A DNA stretch of 64,000 nucleotides from Phyllosticta citribraziliensis (lineage: Eukaryota): positions 1,674,001-1,738,000 of the forward strand of contig NW_027117345.1 of assembly GCF_038025025.1 (NCBI RefSeq), written 5' to 3'. The notes beneath the pieces are model-generated. The model was not told the DNA's origin and made no database searches. It saw only the letters and a list, made by a program, of their open reading frames with translations. Shown in pieces: positions 37,265-50,648 of this stretch. The number at the start of each line of letters is the position of its first letter. Within the stretch, counting starts at the first letter, position 1. The translations under genes and the position numbers were made by a program.

Positions 37265-38941
37265 ACAGGACGATTCGATCACGATCAAAACTTTGACGAT
37301 ACATGCGCCGGAGCGCATCTTGACTGGACCTTGCAGTCAAACTTTGGCCAGACACGCTGCCACGCCATTACATACCGGGCCATTCTTCAGGCACATGCAG
37401 GAAAATCATTGGGGCCCAGGGAAGATTTGCAAAATCGCCAGAGGCGTGGCATCAAAAATGGGGAGAAATCATCGGGACACCACGAGCGCAATCCAAATCT
37501 GGGACAGCCGCGGCTTGGTCATTGATGTACTCACAACAGCAACCTCTCGATTGGCGACACAGGTCAAGGCTTTTGAGCCGCCGTGTTGCCAATCGGTAGT
37601 GGTTTCTCAACCCAATTCCGTCATCAGCTCAATGCAAGCTACTTATTCTTCAAAAGTACATTCATGGTCTGTGCCCACATAGACACTTCCTGGGAAGCTC
37701 TCGCTTTCAGCACAGCAACCGACCCGGGCATACGGTAATAGCCGAGCTCTGACGTCGGCGACAGATGTTCTGGCGGAGCTGTCGGACGTCCGAGATGCCA
37801 TGTCGCTTCCGTATTCGGTTAGCTGCTCTCCGGGCTCCGCGTCAGCGTTTACAGCGGGCATTGCACATCACTTACGCAATTGGAGCCGAGTCGAAGCCCT
37901 GCGACGACCGCTCCTGTTGTTGATACCCAAGCTGCAAAGGCTCTCCGTCGTCGTCTCCCTATGCTGCTCTTCGCAACACATTCCCCATTAGTACCCAACC
38001 ATTGCACCGGTGCTCCTCTGTAGCGACAGACCATCAACTCTCGACCCCCAATTTTCCATCCAATGCAGTAAATGAAGTGAAATCAGACGCATTAGTTATG
38101 CAACCAATTCGCGCTTTGGTGAGTCATGGAGGCGCACAAGAACAACACTGATGACCTAAACATCGACCTTAGAAAGAGATGGTCTTACATGGTCTTAAAG
38201 ATTAACAACTTCAGGAAAAGGCAATAGGGTAAAGCTAGGCGACCTTGCTGAATGCAAACAATTGTGTCAAGTGCGGTGCTCTGAATTCACCACAGATTCT
38301 GAGAAGTCGGAAATCTTCCTTCCCGTTCTGCAAGACGTAATCTGATTGGTCCATCTGACTAACGGGCCCGGCCGCTGACCAACCCCCCCGCGACCCCCCG
38401 CACACGTCGTCCTGGAGGAAAGTCCCCGCGGTAAGCCTCCTGGCCCTGCTGCCTGCATACTCTCCGCTGAGGTGGCCTCTGGACGAAAGGATTCGGCACT
38501 CGACCAATTCCAACTGGCTTAGGTATCCTCGACTTTATCGCAACCACTGCTGACTACCCACGTTCTTTCAGTCATCATATGGAGCTGCCACTGGAGTCAA
38601 GTGTCAAGAATAATCCAAAAGCCTCTTGGCAGGATTCGTCAAAATCCTTCGAATGACGCCCGCTCTGGCATTCACCATCAAGCATACAAAAGCGTGAATT
38701 GGAGCTACACCTGAGAAAATCTAGACATTAGATGACAAATGCGGTCAGACAGAGAATCAGCGAGAAATCCATCGCTAAGCAACGCATCCATTGCAGGAGC
38801 CTTCTTCTAAAGCGCAGAAGATCATCCTACATCTTTCACGCCCCCTTGTCATAGTCCGCAATTCCGATAGTGGTCGACAATCGCTCTTTGCCTATCGCTC
38901 CGGCACGAATGCTCCAGTGAAAGCCATAGACTGTGTTGATC

Positions 38942-41026
38942 ATGGCTCTCGTTGCAGTGAATTTCTCCGAAGGGGAAAGACGGATCCAGCGACTCATGAA
39001 TCCCTCCCTGAGAGAAATGGATAACCCCACTGCCCCGACACTCACACACCAGGCAGCCTTTGCACTTAACAACTTTCCCCTCATCGCTCTCGGTGCACTC
39101 GACTCTCAAAATCGGCCATGGACGACGCTTCTTGGCGGGTCTCCACCACTTGCACAACCGCTTGGGGATTCTCTTGTTGGAGTCCAGGCTAAAGTCAATG
39201 CAGAATCGGACCCGGTCATCGAGGCACTGTTTGATGGGAAGCAGCGCCAGGAGAAGGGACAAGTCACCCGGGATGACGCGCCTGGAAAAATGATTGGCGG
39301 CCTGCCGATTAACCTGGACACGAGGAAAAGAGTGAAAGTTTTTGGACGACTGGTTGCTCGGAAGCTCTTACAGGATACAGAAGACGAGCGTGTCGGGAAC
39401 GTTCAATTGTTCTTCAACGTTGAACAAAGTCTGGGGAACTGTCCCAAATATCTGAATTCAAAGCAAATCGTTCCCGCAACTCCCAGTCCGCATGTTGTGT
39501 CGACTGGGAGCATTTTATCACCAGAGGCACGAGAACTGATCCAAAAATCAGACCTTTTCTTCATAAGCTCTTCAAACTCTACAACGGACATGGACACAAA
39601 CCACCGCGGCGGTCCCCCTGGGTTCGTACGAATCACACAGTCGAAGGATTCGGAGACCGCCACTATTGTTTACCCCGAGTACTCTGGAAATCGTCTTTAT
39701 CAGACGCTTGGGAATCTGCAGTCAACACCTCGCGCCGGCATATGCTTTCCAGATTTCGAGACTGGTGATGTCCTCTATCTGACAGGAATTACGGAGACGT
39801 TGGCAGGTGCTGCTGCGGCGGCTGTTCTCCCACGCAGCAACCTCGCTGTTCGAATCACCGTCACTGCATCCCGATTTGTCCGCCAGGGGCTCTCCTTTCG
39901 TGGAATTCCAGGCGAGCGCAGCCCCTACAATCCCCCTGTGCGCCCACTAGCCTCAGAAAGCAGCGTCTCGGCAACTCTCGCCAACCTCGGACCAGCAGGA
40001 GTACAAGCAGGCGTGGACTCCAACAGCGCAACTCTCACTGCTGCGGAGCTCCTTGCTCCCACGATAGGTCGCTTCACCTTCTCTCTGGACCGGCCTGCGT
40101 TGATTCAGCCAGGCCAGTGGGTCGCGCTGGATTTCTCAGAGGAGCTCGACATTGGCTACAGCCACATGCGCGACGACGAGCCGCAGTCGCTCAACGACGA
40201 CTTCGTCCGGACGTTCACCGTGTCGTCTGCGCCTCGCCTCATTCTCCCGTCTCCCTCTCACTCCGATTCCACGTCTCCTTCGCCTGCCGCTTCCCCCGTC
40301 AACGTCGCTCCGAGCACGACATTCACCATCACCGTTCGCCTCATCCCCAACGGCCCTGCGACGTCGTTTCTCTTCAAACACATCCCGCGCTCTCCTGGCC
40401 GCCGCTCCGCGCTGCGGCCCCTCTCCCTGCCCGTCCGCGGCTTCGGCGGCTCCTTTTCGCTCCTCCCCATCACGTCCCCCCACTCACCACCGCAACAACA
40501 CCCTCCCCCCACATCGAAGTCAACCTCAAACAACATCATCCCCTTCGTCGCCGCCGGCGTCGGCATCACGCCCCTCCTCGGCCAACTCTCCGCCCTCGAG
40601 GCCTCTACCCACAGTGCCAATCCACCACGACAGCACAACACCAACACCGCCGTGCATCTCTTCTGGACACTACGCCGCGCCGACGCGCCCTTTGCTCGCG
40701 CCCTCCTGCGCGCCTGGCGCCACGACCCCGCCGCCCAGCGCGTTTGGGGCCGCGTGGCGCTGTTTCTGACCGGCGGGGCGGACGCCGCTGGCACTGACGA
40801 TGCCGCCGTGGTGCAGGAGCTGGAGGCGTTGGGTGCGGCGATCGTGACGCGCAGGATGGCGCGCGAGGATTTGCTGGGCGGAGCAAGCGGCCGCGATGGC
40901 GACGGCAGCGGGATCAACGGAGGCAGCAGGTGGTTCGTTTGCGCTGGGAGGGGCTTCAGGGAGGAGGTGAGGGCGTGGCTTGAGGCCGAGGGATGCGAGG
41001 TCGTGAGCGAGGAGTTTGATTTCTGA
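38942..41026 (+). CDS. Oxidoreductase with PNPOx-like FMN-binding domains plus a ferredoxin-reductase (FAD/NAD) domain
   Basis: Intronless ~694-aa ORF. GNCPKY, DTNHRGGPPGFVR, PEYSGNRLYQTLGNL, RTFTVSS (FAD), AAGVGITP (NAD), VCAG, terminal EEFDF. Confidence 0.85.
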   Translation: MALVAVNFSEGERRIQRLMNPSLREMDNPTAPTLTHQAAFALNNFPLIALGALDSQNRPWTTLLGGSPPLAQPLGDSLVGVQAKVNAESDPVIEALFDGKQRQEKGQVTRDDAPGKMIGGLPINLDTRKRVKVFGRLVARKLLQDTEDERVGNVQLFFNVEQSLGNCPKYLNSKQIVPATPSPHVVSTGSILSPEARELIQKSDLFFISSSNSTTDMDTNHRGGPPGFVRITQSKDSETATIVYPEYSGNRLYQTLGNLQSTPRAGICFPDFETGDVLYLTGITETLAGAAAAAVLPRSNLAVRITVTASRFVRQGLSFRGIPGERSPYNPPVRPLASESSVSATLANLGPAGVQAGVDSNSATLTAAELLAPTIGRFTFSLDRPALIQPGQWVALDFSEELDIGYSHMRDDEPQSLNDDFVRTFTVSSAPRLILPSPSHSDSTSPSPAASPVNVAPSTTFTITVRLIPNGPATSFLFKHIPRSPGRRSALRPLSLPVRGFGGSFSLLPITSPHSPPQQHPPPTSKSTSNNIIPFVAAGVGITPLLGQLSALEASTHSANPPRQHNTNTAVHLFWTLRRADAPFARALLRAWRHDPAAQRVWGRVALFLTGGADAAGTDDAAVVQELEALGAAIVTRRMAREDLLGGASGRDGDGSGINGGSRWFVCAGRGFREEVRAWLEAEGCEVVSEEFDF

Positions 41027-41689
41027 AGACATGTCGCATGTCGTTGGTTGGGCCCTCGTGTCTCTCGTCCTCCGCCTTCTTTGGTTGCATGTTGAGAGCG
41101 TCAAGTTGTTGTACGTGCTGTGGATAGTAAGGCAGCAGGGGAATCAGACTGCTAGGTGAATGTTCGTCGTGCCATTCTTGGCATGCTAGCTAGGCAGATG
41201 CTTTGAGCAGATAATTTCACTGGTTGCTTTCCCAATAAAGTCAATATCAAAGAGAATTGATCCACTGACTACCTACTGGAGCGGGGAGGGAAAAAAAAAA
41301 AAAAAAAGAAAAGAAAAGAACAAAAAAGACCCAAGTGGCGACACCATTCGCAAGGCCCATATCCGGTTCACTCCACCGACGAAATTGACCGATGACACCC
41401 CAAGGAACCACAAAACAACGCCGTTTCCAGACCCCGTTAACCCTGACTCGTTCCTCATTGGAAAAGAGGATTCTCGTTCGTTTCCTTAACAAACAGATCT
41501 GGACATGTGGACCGTTCGACGTCGGCTGCAGTATGCCCGACAGACGTCCCTGTGTGACGTATTTGTTCGTGCTTTGTTCGTGGGCAATCGTGTGTGATGG
41601 AGTTGGAAGGAAACAGTCGGCTCACGTCAAGGTAAGCAGACCGATATTTGAAGCGACACAAAGAAGATATCTGCTTGGAAGGGTTGGCC

Positions 41690-43300
41690 TCATGGGCCAA
41701 GACTGTCGGGCAACTTGGCCAGGCCGAGGAACATGGCCAGACCACCCGCAGCAAAGATGCTGGTGTCGCGGGCAACACGGCGCAAGAACTGAGCAGTGGT
41801 GCGCTTCCGCGGGCTTTCGGCTGGCGACGACGTCACTGTCTTGTCGTCGTCCTTTGGCTGTTTGTCCTGGCGTGGTTCGATGTCATCAAGCTCAGCCTGC
41901 TCGACAGTCCTCTTCTGAGGTCGGGGGCCCGTTGGTTTGTGGCCTGTCGACTCATGTGCTTTCGCGACGTCGGCATAGGCCTTGGCGATCAGGTTTTCCA
42001 TCTGTTGATGAACATCCTCGGCGGTCAGATCTTCAACCTTTTGGTCAACATCCACCATGTCTTCCTGGCTGGGGCGCGAGACATGACAATCGACCGCCGA
42101 AACAGCTTCCAAAGCAGCAGAATTGTCGCAGGCCGCCTCAGGAAGAGGCTGAACAACAGCCTTACAATGCTGGTCTTCGACATGTTCCTCAACATACTCC
42201 TCGATCTCCAGGGTGGTGTCCATGAAGCCAGGCTGGTCAAGGAGGTCGTTGATTTTGTTTTGAAAGCGCTTGACTGGGCCGAAACGGGTTTGTACTTCAT
42301 CAGTGCGGTCGATCTCGTCGGGCTCACCGGGAGGGGTCGTGGATCGGGGCAGAGGGCCATAGTAGGCACTGTCGCTGGAGCCGGAATCTGAGTCTGAGTC
42401 GGCGTCTTCCTCAACCTCGCTCTCCTCTGGATAGTCCATCTCCTCGTCTGGCGCTCCTTCGGAAATCGAAGAATCATCCTCGAAGTGGATTCCGTCGAAA
42501 AGACTGGACTTTTCTTCGTCCTCACCCTCATCTTTCATATTCAAGTACGTGTCGGGGATCACGATGTGGCAATCCTCTTCCTCGTCTGAGTAGGTGCTGA
42601 CATCGTCGGTATAGCCGCGCTTGATGTCACTGTAGTCGATGACCGGGTCGTGCTCGGACGGGCCAGGGGTGTTGAAAGGGTCCCAATGCCGATACTCAAG
42701 CCGGTACATGGCTGGCTTGTAGGATTCTGAGCCGGAGATTCGCATTAGTGCTGTTAATGGACGTGGAAGTCTGAGTGGTGTTGCGTGCAGTGTTGAGGTT
42801 GTGAGGAGTTGGGCGGGAGCCTACCTGACCCACGAATCACACTGACGCCAAACTCCAGGCTGGCGCCGGACGCAACAATGACTTCCCCACCGCGGGCTAC
42901 CACGACTCCGTCGACCTTGGTTCCATGCATGGATTTCAGGTCCTTGATAAAGACACGCTGGGGAAGGCAACGTCAGCATAGTCTGGGACCAAGGGGCATG
43001 AGTATCAAGGTGAGACGCACCTCGCCGGCAGTGTCGGTCCTAATCAATGCATGCTCTTTCGAAATGACTTTGTTGTCGATTTTGGTGTTGTCGTGGGAAG
43101 CAACAACGCCACGGTTGGAAGACGCACGGCCGATTGTGAGGGGGTCGTCGACGGAGAGGCGAACAGTGCGTTCGCGGATAGGATCACCGTCATTCAACGC
43201 GGTGAGCTTCACCTGCAGGGCTACGAAGAGTCAGCTTGGGGGCGTGAATAGAGTGTTCGTGAGCTGCAGCAGACGTACTAGTTGTCGGTGTCAGATTCAT
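41690..43300 (-). CDS. FHA-domain protein with an acidic disordered middle and a C-terminal hydrophobic tail, 4 exons
   Basis: Spliced N-terminus MNLTPTT|TLQVKLT...LTIGRASS...VISKEHA...|VFIKDLKSMHGTKVDG matches the FHA GR/SxxH/D..S.HGT pattern. Ends IFAAGGLAMFLGLAKLPDSLGP. Confidence 0.8.
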
Positions 43301-43860
43301 GGTCGCGTTGTGTGTTGAGTCAAGGTTGGCGGAGTGTCCGGTGACGAGGTGAGTTTGGTCCACAGTTTGTCCGCAACAGGCAAGTTGAAAGGCCGCGGGG
43401 CGTTGAGGTCTGACAGGACAAAGCGGTAGCAGCGATGGCCAAGATAATGTAAGGCTCTCCCGGACTAGGACCAGGACGAGTCGAGGAGAGCGGGTGGAAG
43501 CGAGGGGAGGTTGAAGGAGCAAGAAAGGTCAGGAGCACGTCAGGTTGTGGAGGTAGCGCAGCGGAGGTGGTGACTACACTAGCAAGCGGGCGCGGGGGAC
43601 TGGGTGGAGCACTGACCTCAGCTCAGCTCCTTCCCGGCAGCTGCCTCCCGGTCCTGGTCCCGTCGCTGATAAGAGATTGCCCGGCCCATCTCCGGCTTTT
43701 TGCGCCCCTCTGGGCTCTCAGCACATCCGCTGATGGATCCTCGCGCCGGGCGCCATCGCAGAATTTCTGGTCTTGACTCTACCGCTCTACAGTACCGTAC
43801 CTCCACCACACGCCCGCCACCCACCCCGTCGCACCCTTCGTCCGGTGTCCTACTCCCTCG

Positions 43861-43891
43861 CCCATGCCCATGCCCATGCCCATGTCCATGC
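43861..43891 (+). repeat. (CCCATG)n hexamer microsatellite forming a uORF upstream of RPC1
   Basis: ATGs at 43864, 43870, 43876, 43882 and 43888 share one frame ending at TAG 43903-43905. Confidence 0.85.
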
Positions 43892-43924
43892 CTGTTCCTC
43901 GGTAGCGACTGCTTCTTTCCCAAC

Positions 43925-46900
43925 ATGACTTCCCAAGGCGAGGTCAAAGAGCAGGTCGTCGACCGCGTGCCCAAGCGCATCACCGAGCTCCAATTCGGCA
44001 TTCTGTGAGCACCCTCACACCCGCTGTCAGCCAAGTCCACCTCTGACTACGTCCCAGATCCAACCAAGATATTGTCAACCAAGCCGTCATTGAAGTCTCC
44101 GACCGCCACATTTACGACGCCGGAAGCCAAGGTCCCACGCGCAATGCCACCAAACATGGTCCCCTCGACGGCCGCCTGGGCATTTCTGCAAAGTCGGCTA
44201 TCTGCGAAACTTGTGGCGAAGACCTCAAGTCGTGCAACGGCCACTTTGGCCATGTCAAGCTGGCCCTGCCCGCCTTCCACATTGGGTACCTCAAGATGAT
44301 CATCGAGGTCCTGCACAGCATCTGCAAGGTACGCGCATTCGCTTGATGGATTATCCTCCGACACTGACACGAAAGCAGGAATGTTCCAATATCCTCCTCG
44401 ACGAGCCAGCGCGGCAACGGCACCTCAAAAGCCTTCGGAGACCCGACATTGACAGCCTCCAGCGGACTGCCTTGTGCAAGAAGATTGCGGGAGAGTGTAA
44501 GAAGGTGAAAAAATGCCCCTACTGCGGCGCAGTGAATGGACCAGTCAGAAAAGTCCCCGGGCATCCGCTCAAGGTTGTGCATTTCAAGTTTGATGCATAC
44601 AACAAGTCAAATGCCAAGAAGAAGGAAATGCCGCGCGGCAAACCAGAGTTCGACAAATCATTCGACGTGGCCAAGCAAGGAAATAACGAGCTGGAGAAAC
44701 ACATGCGCAAGGCCGTCGATGACATGAATCCGCTGCGAGTCTTGAACTTGTTCAAGCGTGTCAAGGCCACAGACTGCCCACTTCTGGGCATGTCAAAAGG
44801 GAGGCCGGAGATGTTTATTTGGCAATATGTTCCGGCGCCCCCCGTCACCATCCGCCCCTCTGTTGCGCAAGAGGCTGCTACAACCGAGGACGATATTACC
44901 AACAAGCTCGGAGATATCATTCAAATTAGCTCCCTGATACGTGCGGGCCTGGAAAAGGGCCAACCAGTCCAGACAATCATGGAGCAGTGGGATTTTCTTC
45001 AGCTCCAGATCGCCATGTACGTCAACAGCGACCTACCCGGAATTCAACAGCAAGGAGTCGGAAAGCATATCAGAGGCTTCTGCCAGCGGTTGAAGGGCAA
45101 ACAGGGTCGTTTCCGAGGAAACTTATCTGGAAAACGTGTAGACTTTTCGGGCCGCACCGTCATTGGCCCTGACCCGAACTTGTCCATCGAAGAAGTCGCG
45201 GTTCCGGAGAGGGTTGCCAAGAACATGACGTATCCGGAGAGAGTCTCGCGATACAACATCGAGAAGCTGAAAGATTGCATTAGGAGAGGCAAATTCAAAC
45301 ACCCTGGTGCCAATTTCGTCATCAAACAGGACGGCCGCAAGTTGGTTTTGGAAGTTTTGCAAAAGCTCGGAAGACTAGGCCAGTCAGCAGATCAGTTGGA
45401 GATTGGCGACATTGTCGAAAGGCACCTTGAGGATGGCGACATTGTATTGTTCAATCGACAGCCTTCCCTGCACAAGCTGAGTATCCTCAGTCACAAAGCC
45501 AAAATCCGACCATGGCGAACTTTCCGTCTCAACGAGTGTGTCTGCAACCCTTACAACGCTGATTTTGACGGAGACGAAATGAATTTGCACGTTCCCCAAA
45601 CAGAGGAAGCCCGCACCGAAGCCATCGAGTTGATGGGCGTGAAGCACAACCTGGCGACACCTAAAAACGGTACGCCCATCATCGCGGCCATTCAGGATTT
45701 CATCACATGCGCTTTCTTGGTCAGTCGCAAAGACCTGTTCTTTGACAGAAAGACTTTCGCCCTCGTCTGTGGCTACATGTTCAACGACGAAGCTGTGAGA
45801 GACCCGGAAACTGGACAATACCACAGAATTGAGCTTCCTCCGCCTACCATCATCAAACCGCAGGCGCTATGGACTGGAAAACAGGTGTGGAACGTGCTCA
45901 TGCGGCCGTACAAATCATCCAAAGTTCTTGTCAACCTCGATGCCAAATGCAAACAATACAAAGGCAAAGCGAAGGATCTCAACGAGGATGATGCGTACCT
46001 TGTCATCCGCAACTCGGAGATCATGTGCGGTGTCATGGACAAAGCCACAGTCGGAGACGGCAAGAAAGACTCGGTCTTCTACGTAATGATGCGAGACTTT
46101 GGCCCTGACTATGCAGTGCAAGCCATGAACAGACTGGCCAAATTGTCCGCTAGATGGCTTACGAACCGTGGCTTCTCCATCGGTGTGAGCGATGTCACTC
46201 CCGGAAAAAAGCTTGTCGAGAGGAAGACCAAGCTGATCAGTGACGCTTACGTCGAAGCAAAGCATGTGGTGGAGCTCTACAACTCAGGCAAATTGGAAAG
46301 GGCAGCAGGCTGCGACGAGGAAATGAGCATGGAGAACAAAATTTCTGGTATTCTCAACAAAGTCCGTGGAGAGGCCGGTGACATTTGCTTCTCGGAACTT
46401 ACCAATTGGAACTCCCCCCTCATCATGGCCAAGTGCGGTTCCAAGGGCTCCAATATCAACGTTGCCCAGATGGTTGCTTGTGTCGGTCAACAGATTATCG
46501 GAGGTGCTCGAGTTCAAGACGGCTTCCAAGACAGAACATTGCCACACTTCGCCAAAGGTGGTCGTCTTCCTGATGCGAAGGGCTTTGTTGCCAACAGCTT
46601 CTACTCCGGCTTGACACCTTCCGAGTTCATCTTCCACGCCATGTCCGGCCGTGAAGGTTTGGTCGATACGGCCGTCAAGACTGCCGAGACTGGTTACATG
46701 TCTCGTCGATTGATGAAATCTCTCGAGGATCTTTCATCGCAGTATGATGATACCGTGAGAAATTCGGCCTCACAGATTGTACAGTTCCGATACGGAGACG
46801 ACAATCTCGACCCTGTGGACATGGAAGGCAAGGCGAAGCCTGTCAACTTTGACCGCTCATTCGATCACGCAAGGATGACCACCTGGAGCAACGAGGAGCC

Positions 46901-48475
46901 ATGCCTACAGCCTGAACAGATCCGGACCATGACAAGATCACGGCTGAACTCGGAACGCTCCAAGATTCAAAGATACTCTGAAAACGGCGACAAGCTTGAA
47001 TACAATACGGCAGACCTTGCGTCTGTTGACCAGAAAGAGTCACAGCGCGGCTTTTTCGACGAGGTTCAAAAGTTCATATTCGACAAGGCAGACATGCTGG
47101 AAAAACTGCTCACGCGCTTCATGGAAATCCAAAACGCTGAGGAGCAAAAGGGCGGAGAAGCTGCCGACGATGGTAAGCTGCCGTGTTGAATCTGTGCACG
47201 CAGTTGCTAACAATCCCTGCAGATGGGTTCGCAAACATCATCAATGGAGTCGCCAAGGTTTCGAGGAGATGTCTCGACTACTTTCTCGAGCTTTGCTTGA
47301 CCAAGCACGGCCAGTCTCATGTCCAGCCAGGCCACGCTGTTGGCGCTGTTGGTGCACAATCGATCGGAGAACCCGGTACCCAGATGACGCTCAAAACTTT
47401 CCACTTTGCAGGTGTGGCCGGTATGAGTATCACTCAGGGTGTACCCCGTATCAAAGAAATCATCAACGCTTCCAAGGTCATCTCGACGCCGATCATCGAC
47501 TGCGAGCTCGAAAACAGCAAAGATGAGTTGGCTGCTCGTGTGGTCAAGGGTCGCATCGAGAAGACGTTCCTCAGGGACATCATTTACTACATTGAAGACG
47601 TCTGGTTCGACAATGGGTGTTACCTTAACATGCGTATCGACCTCGACACTGTCAACGCCCTCGGTCTCGATTTGACCACCAACGATCTCCAGAAGGCCAT
47701 CCTTGGCGAGAAAAAGCTCAAGATCGGCTCTGAGGGTGGCACCATCGAGTTCAATCATCTCCACTTGCGAGTCCACGTCCCTGACCTAACTAGCCCGACC
47801 AGTACCGAAGGAGCTCCTAAGGCCAGAAAGGCTGCAGCAAGTCGTTCTGGCAAGAAGCCCTTGACTGATGACGCATACTTCTCCCGCATCCAATTCCTCA
47901 AGCGGGCTCTCCCTGAAATTGCAGTCAGCGGATACCCTGACGCAGCACGCGCCGTCATCAAGAAATCCGACGACGCCGAAGAGAAGGTCCGATTATTTGT
48001 CGAAGGGTACGGTCTGCGCCAAGTCATGGGCACTCCTGGTCTCAAAGGAGTCCACTGCAAGACCAACTCGGTTCTCGAATGTTACGACGTCCTTGGAATC
48101 GAAGCCGCGCGTACGACCATCATCAACGAAATTGCCAGCGTCATGGGCAACATGGACATCGATCCGCGTCACATGCAGCTGCTGGCCGACACCATGACGT
48201 ACAAGGGCGACATTCTTGGCATCACACGTTTCGGTCTTGCAAAGATGCGTGACTCTGTCCTGCAGCTCGCATCGTTCGAGAAGACGCCAGACCATCTGTT
48301 CGAGGCCGGCGCGAGGGGCAAGAGCGACGGCATCAATGGTGTGTCTGAGTGCATCATTCTCGGACAGACCATGGGCATCGGCACTGGTGGCTTCAAAGTC
48401 GTCCGGCGCTTGAATTTGCAGAGAGAGGAGGTTGGAAGGAAGGGCGATGCTTTTGAAGGGTTGTTCAGCTGGTAG
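43925..48475 (+). CDS. RPO31: DNA-directed RNA polymerase III largest subunit (RPC1/C160), 4 exons
   Basis: CETC..CNGHFGH zinc site, [20 protein letters not shown], catalytic [56 protein letters not shown]. No CTD heptads. Confidence 0.97.
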
Positions 48476-48748
48476 TGGTTGAACTGGACGACGGCGTTGG
48501 CAGTTTTCTTTCAGCATTTTGTGGGCGGCGTGGTTCAGCATAGCATGGCGTGGCGTCAAAAAGGGAAATTTCGTCTTAGCCTTGAGATGCAAAAATTGGC
48601 TTTGTTTCTTGCCAGTTCGCCTCAGCGATGAGCGTCGTAATGATCTTGTAAGGGCTCGGAAATGCGACGAGACCAACCAGTCATTTGAATCATCTGTCTT
48701 TATCTACCCGCTCGAAGCCCGAAACTGTACATGGAGCTCAATTAATCC

Positions 48749-50648
48749 TTACAACCCACAAATTCCGCTCCCACTCAGCTTGTCCCTCGGATACAGCACG
48801 CGAGGCAGCCCACTCTCCATGGGCACCGGAACAGACCCATCGCTCGCCGTCGTCAGCGTCGCACATGTCAAGACCTCGACTACCAGGTCACCACTGCTCC
48901 ACCCAGTACTCCCCAAGTTCAGCGTATACGCCGCGCCGCTCTCGCCGCGATTGCTCAGCACAGCAACAACCTGCGCGCCATCGAAGCCCTTGCGCAGCGC
49001 CAGCGTATTGGCGTCGCTGTAGATGGGATAGTTCTTGTACGTCAGGTAGGCGGCGTCGACGTACAGCGCGTGGTTGCGGATCTGGTTGACCGACGCGGCC
49101 AGCCGGGCCAGCGGCGCGCTGGCGTCGTAGCCCGACAGCCACAGCGCGGCGCGGTTGTCGGGGTCGCCGGTGCCGGCGTAATGCTGCTCTTGGCCCTGGA
49201 AGACGATGGGGATGCCGTCGTGCAGGAGGACGAAGGCCAGCACGTTGCGCGCTTGCGAGAGGTCCGAGGTTAGCGAGGCGAAGCGCGTCACGTCGTGGTT
49301 TTCGGCGAAGGTGCCGAGGAGCGTCGAGTCTTTGCAGGTCGATTTGACGGTGTTGATCATGGAGGCGAGGTCGGAGATGGAGCCTGATGGCGAGGTGAAG
49401 GCTCGGATGAGGGAGTAGTAGCTGCGTCGTGGTGGTTAGTGCGTTGAGCATAGAAGTCGGTTGTCTGGAAAGGGGGGAGGAAAAATGAGAGTGAAGAACA
49501 GGGTGCTTCTCCGTCACTGCTCTTTCTCTGCCCATAAACGTAAACTGGGAGAAAGGAAAGGCTTACATAGGGTAGTTCAGCACGCTGTCGAGGTAATCCT
49601 GGTATGGGCAGGTGTACGCCGGATCGCCGTCAAAGATCTCGCCCGTGCAAAAGACGCCGGCGGCGGCATTGAAATCAGGCCAGAATGCTTTGTCAACGTG
49701 CTTGACAGTATCAATACGCAGACCGTCGACTGCTCCTAGTCAGCTCATCCATCCATCCAGGAGCATAGAATACCCACTGGAGTAATTCGACACGAGATCC
49801 GTGATCCAGGAGTTGTAGCCTGAAATGACGGCAGAGCTGTCCGTGTTTAGATCAACGAGCTCGACGTTGGAACTGCCGAGCCAGCAGTCCTCAACGTTCT
49901 CTTGGTCGTCGTAGTTGGTGATTTCGCAGTAAGAGTGGTAGTCGCCCTGCGAGTTGAACGGGTTGAATTTGCTGTAGTCGACCGTCGTGTAATCACCCGG
50001 CCAGGCATTGTGATTTACCACGATGTCGACCATGAGGTACTGGAGAGTCACTTAATATCAACAGGTTTGGTTTCCCCAAGTGAGAACATACCATTCCGCG
50101 GTCGTGAATAGCGGTCGACAGAGCCTTGAGATCCTCGGCGGTGCCAAAATTCTCGTTCAGCCTGTACAGATCCTGTTGCCAGTAGCCATGGTAGGCGGTG
50201 CCGTCGCCAGTGTCCCCTTCCAAGTTGTACGTGATTGGGGAGATCCAAACCTGCCGGCTTCTGTCAATTTACAAGCGACGGCAGATTTTCAACTCTGCAA
50301 AACTCACCGCAGTGAAACCCATGTTCTGGATGTAGTCGAGCCGGTTAATGATGCCCCGGTAAGAACCGCCACAATATCTGCAACACGATCAGTTCTATTT
50401 TCAATTCCTTCGGCGATGGCAAGTCTTCGAGACATACTGTCGATCCGAGGCATTGCAAGCGGCAGTAGTACTGTTGTCTGCACGCGCAAATCTAGAATTG
50501 TCAGCGCAAGACGCAAATGGTGAGGATTTCTGTTTGCTCACCTATCTGTAATAACTTGGTAAACGATCTTCGAACGCCATTCGGCAGGCGTGGCCGCATA
50601 AGCTGGGCCGGCAAGAGCTGCAGCGGCAAGGAACAGGGGTGCCTTCAT
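48749..50648 (-). CDS. Secreted GH13 fungal alpha-amylase (Taka-amylase type, no starch-binding domain), ~7 exons
   Basis: Signal peptide [58 protein letters not shown] and FAENHD conserved regions; ends GSGICGL. Confidence 0.94.
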
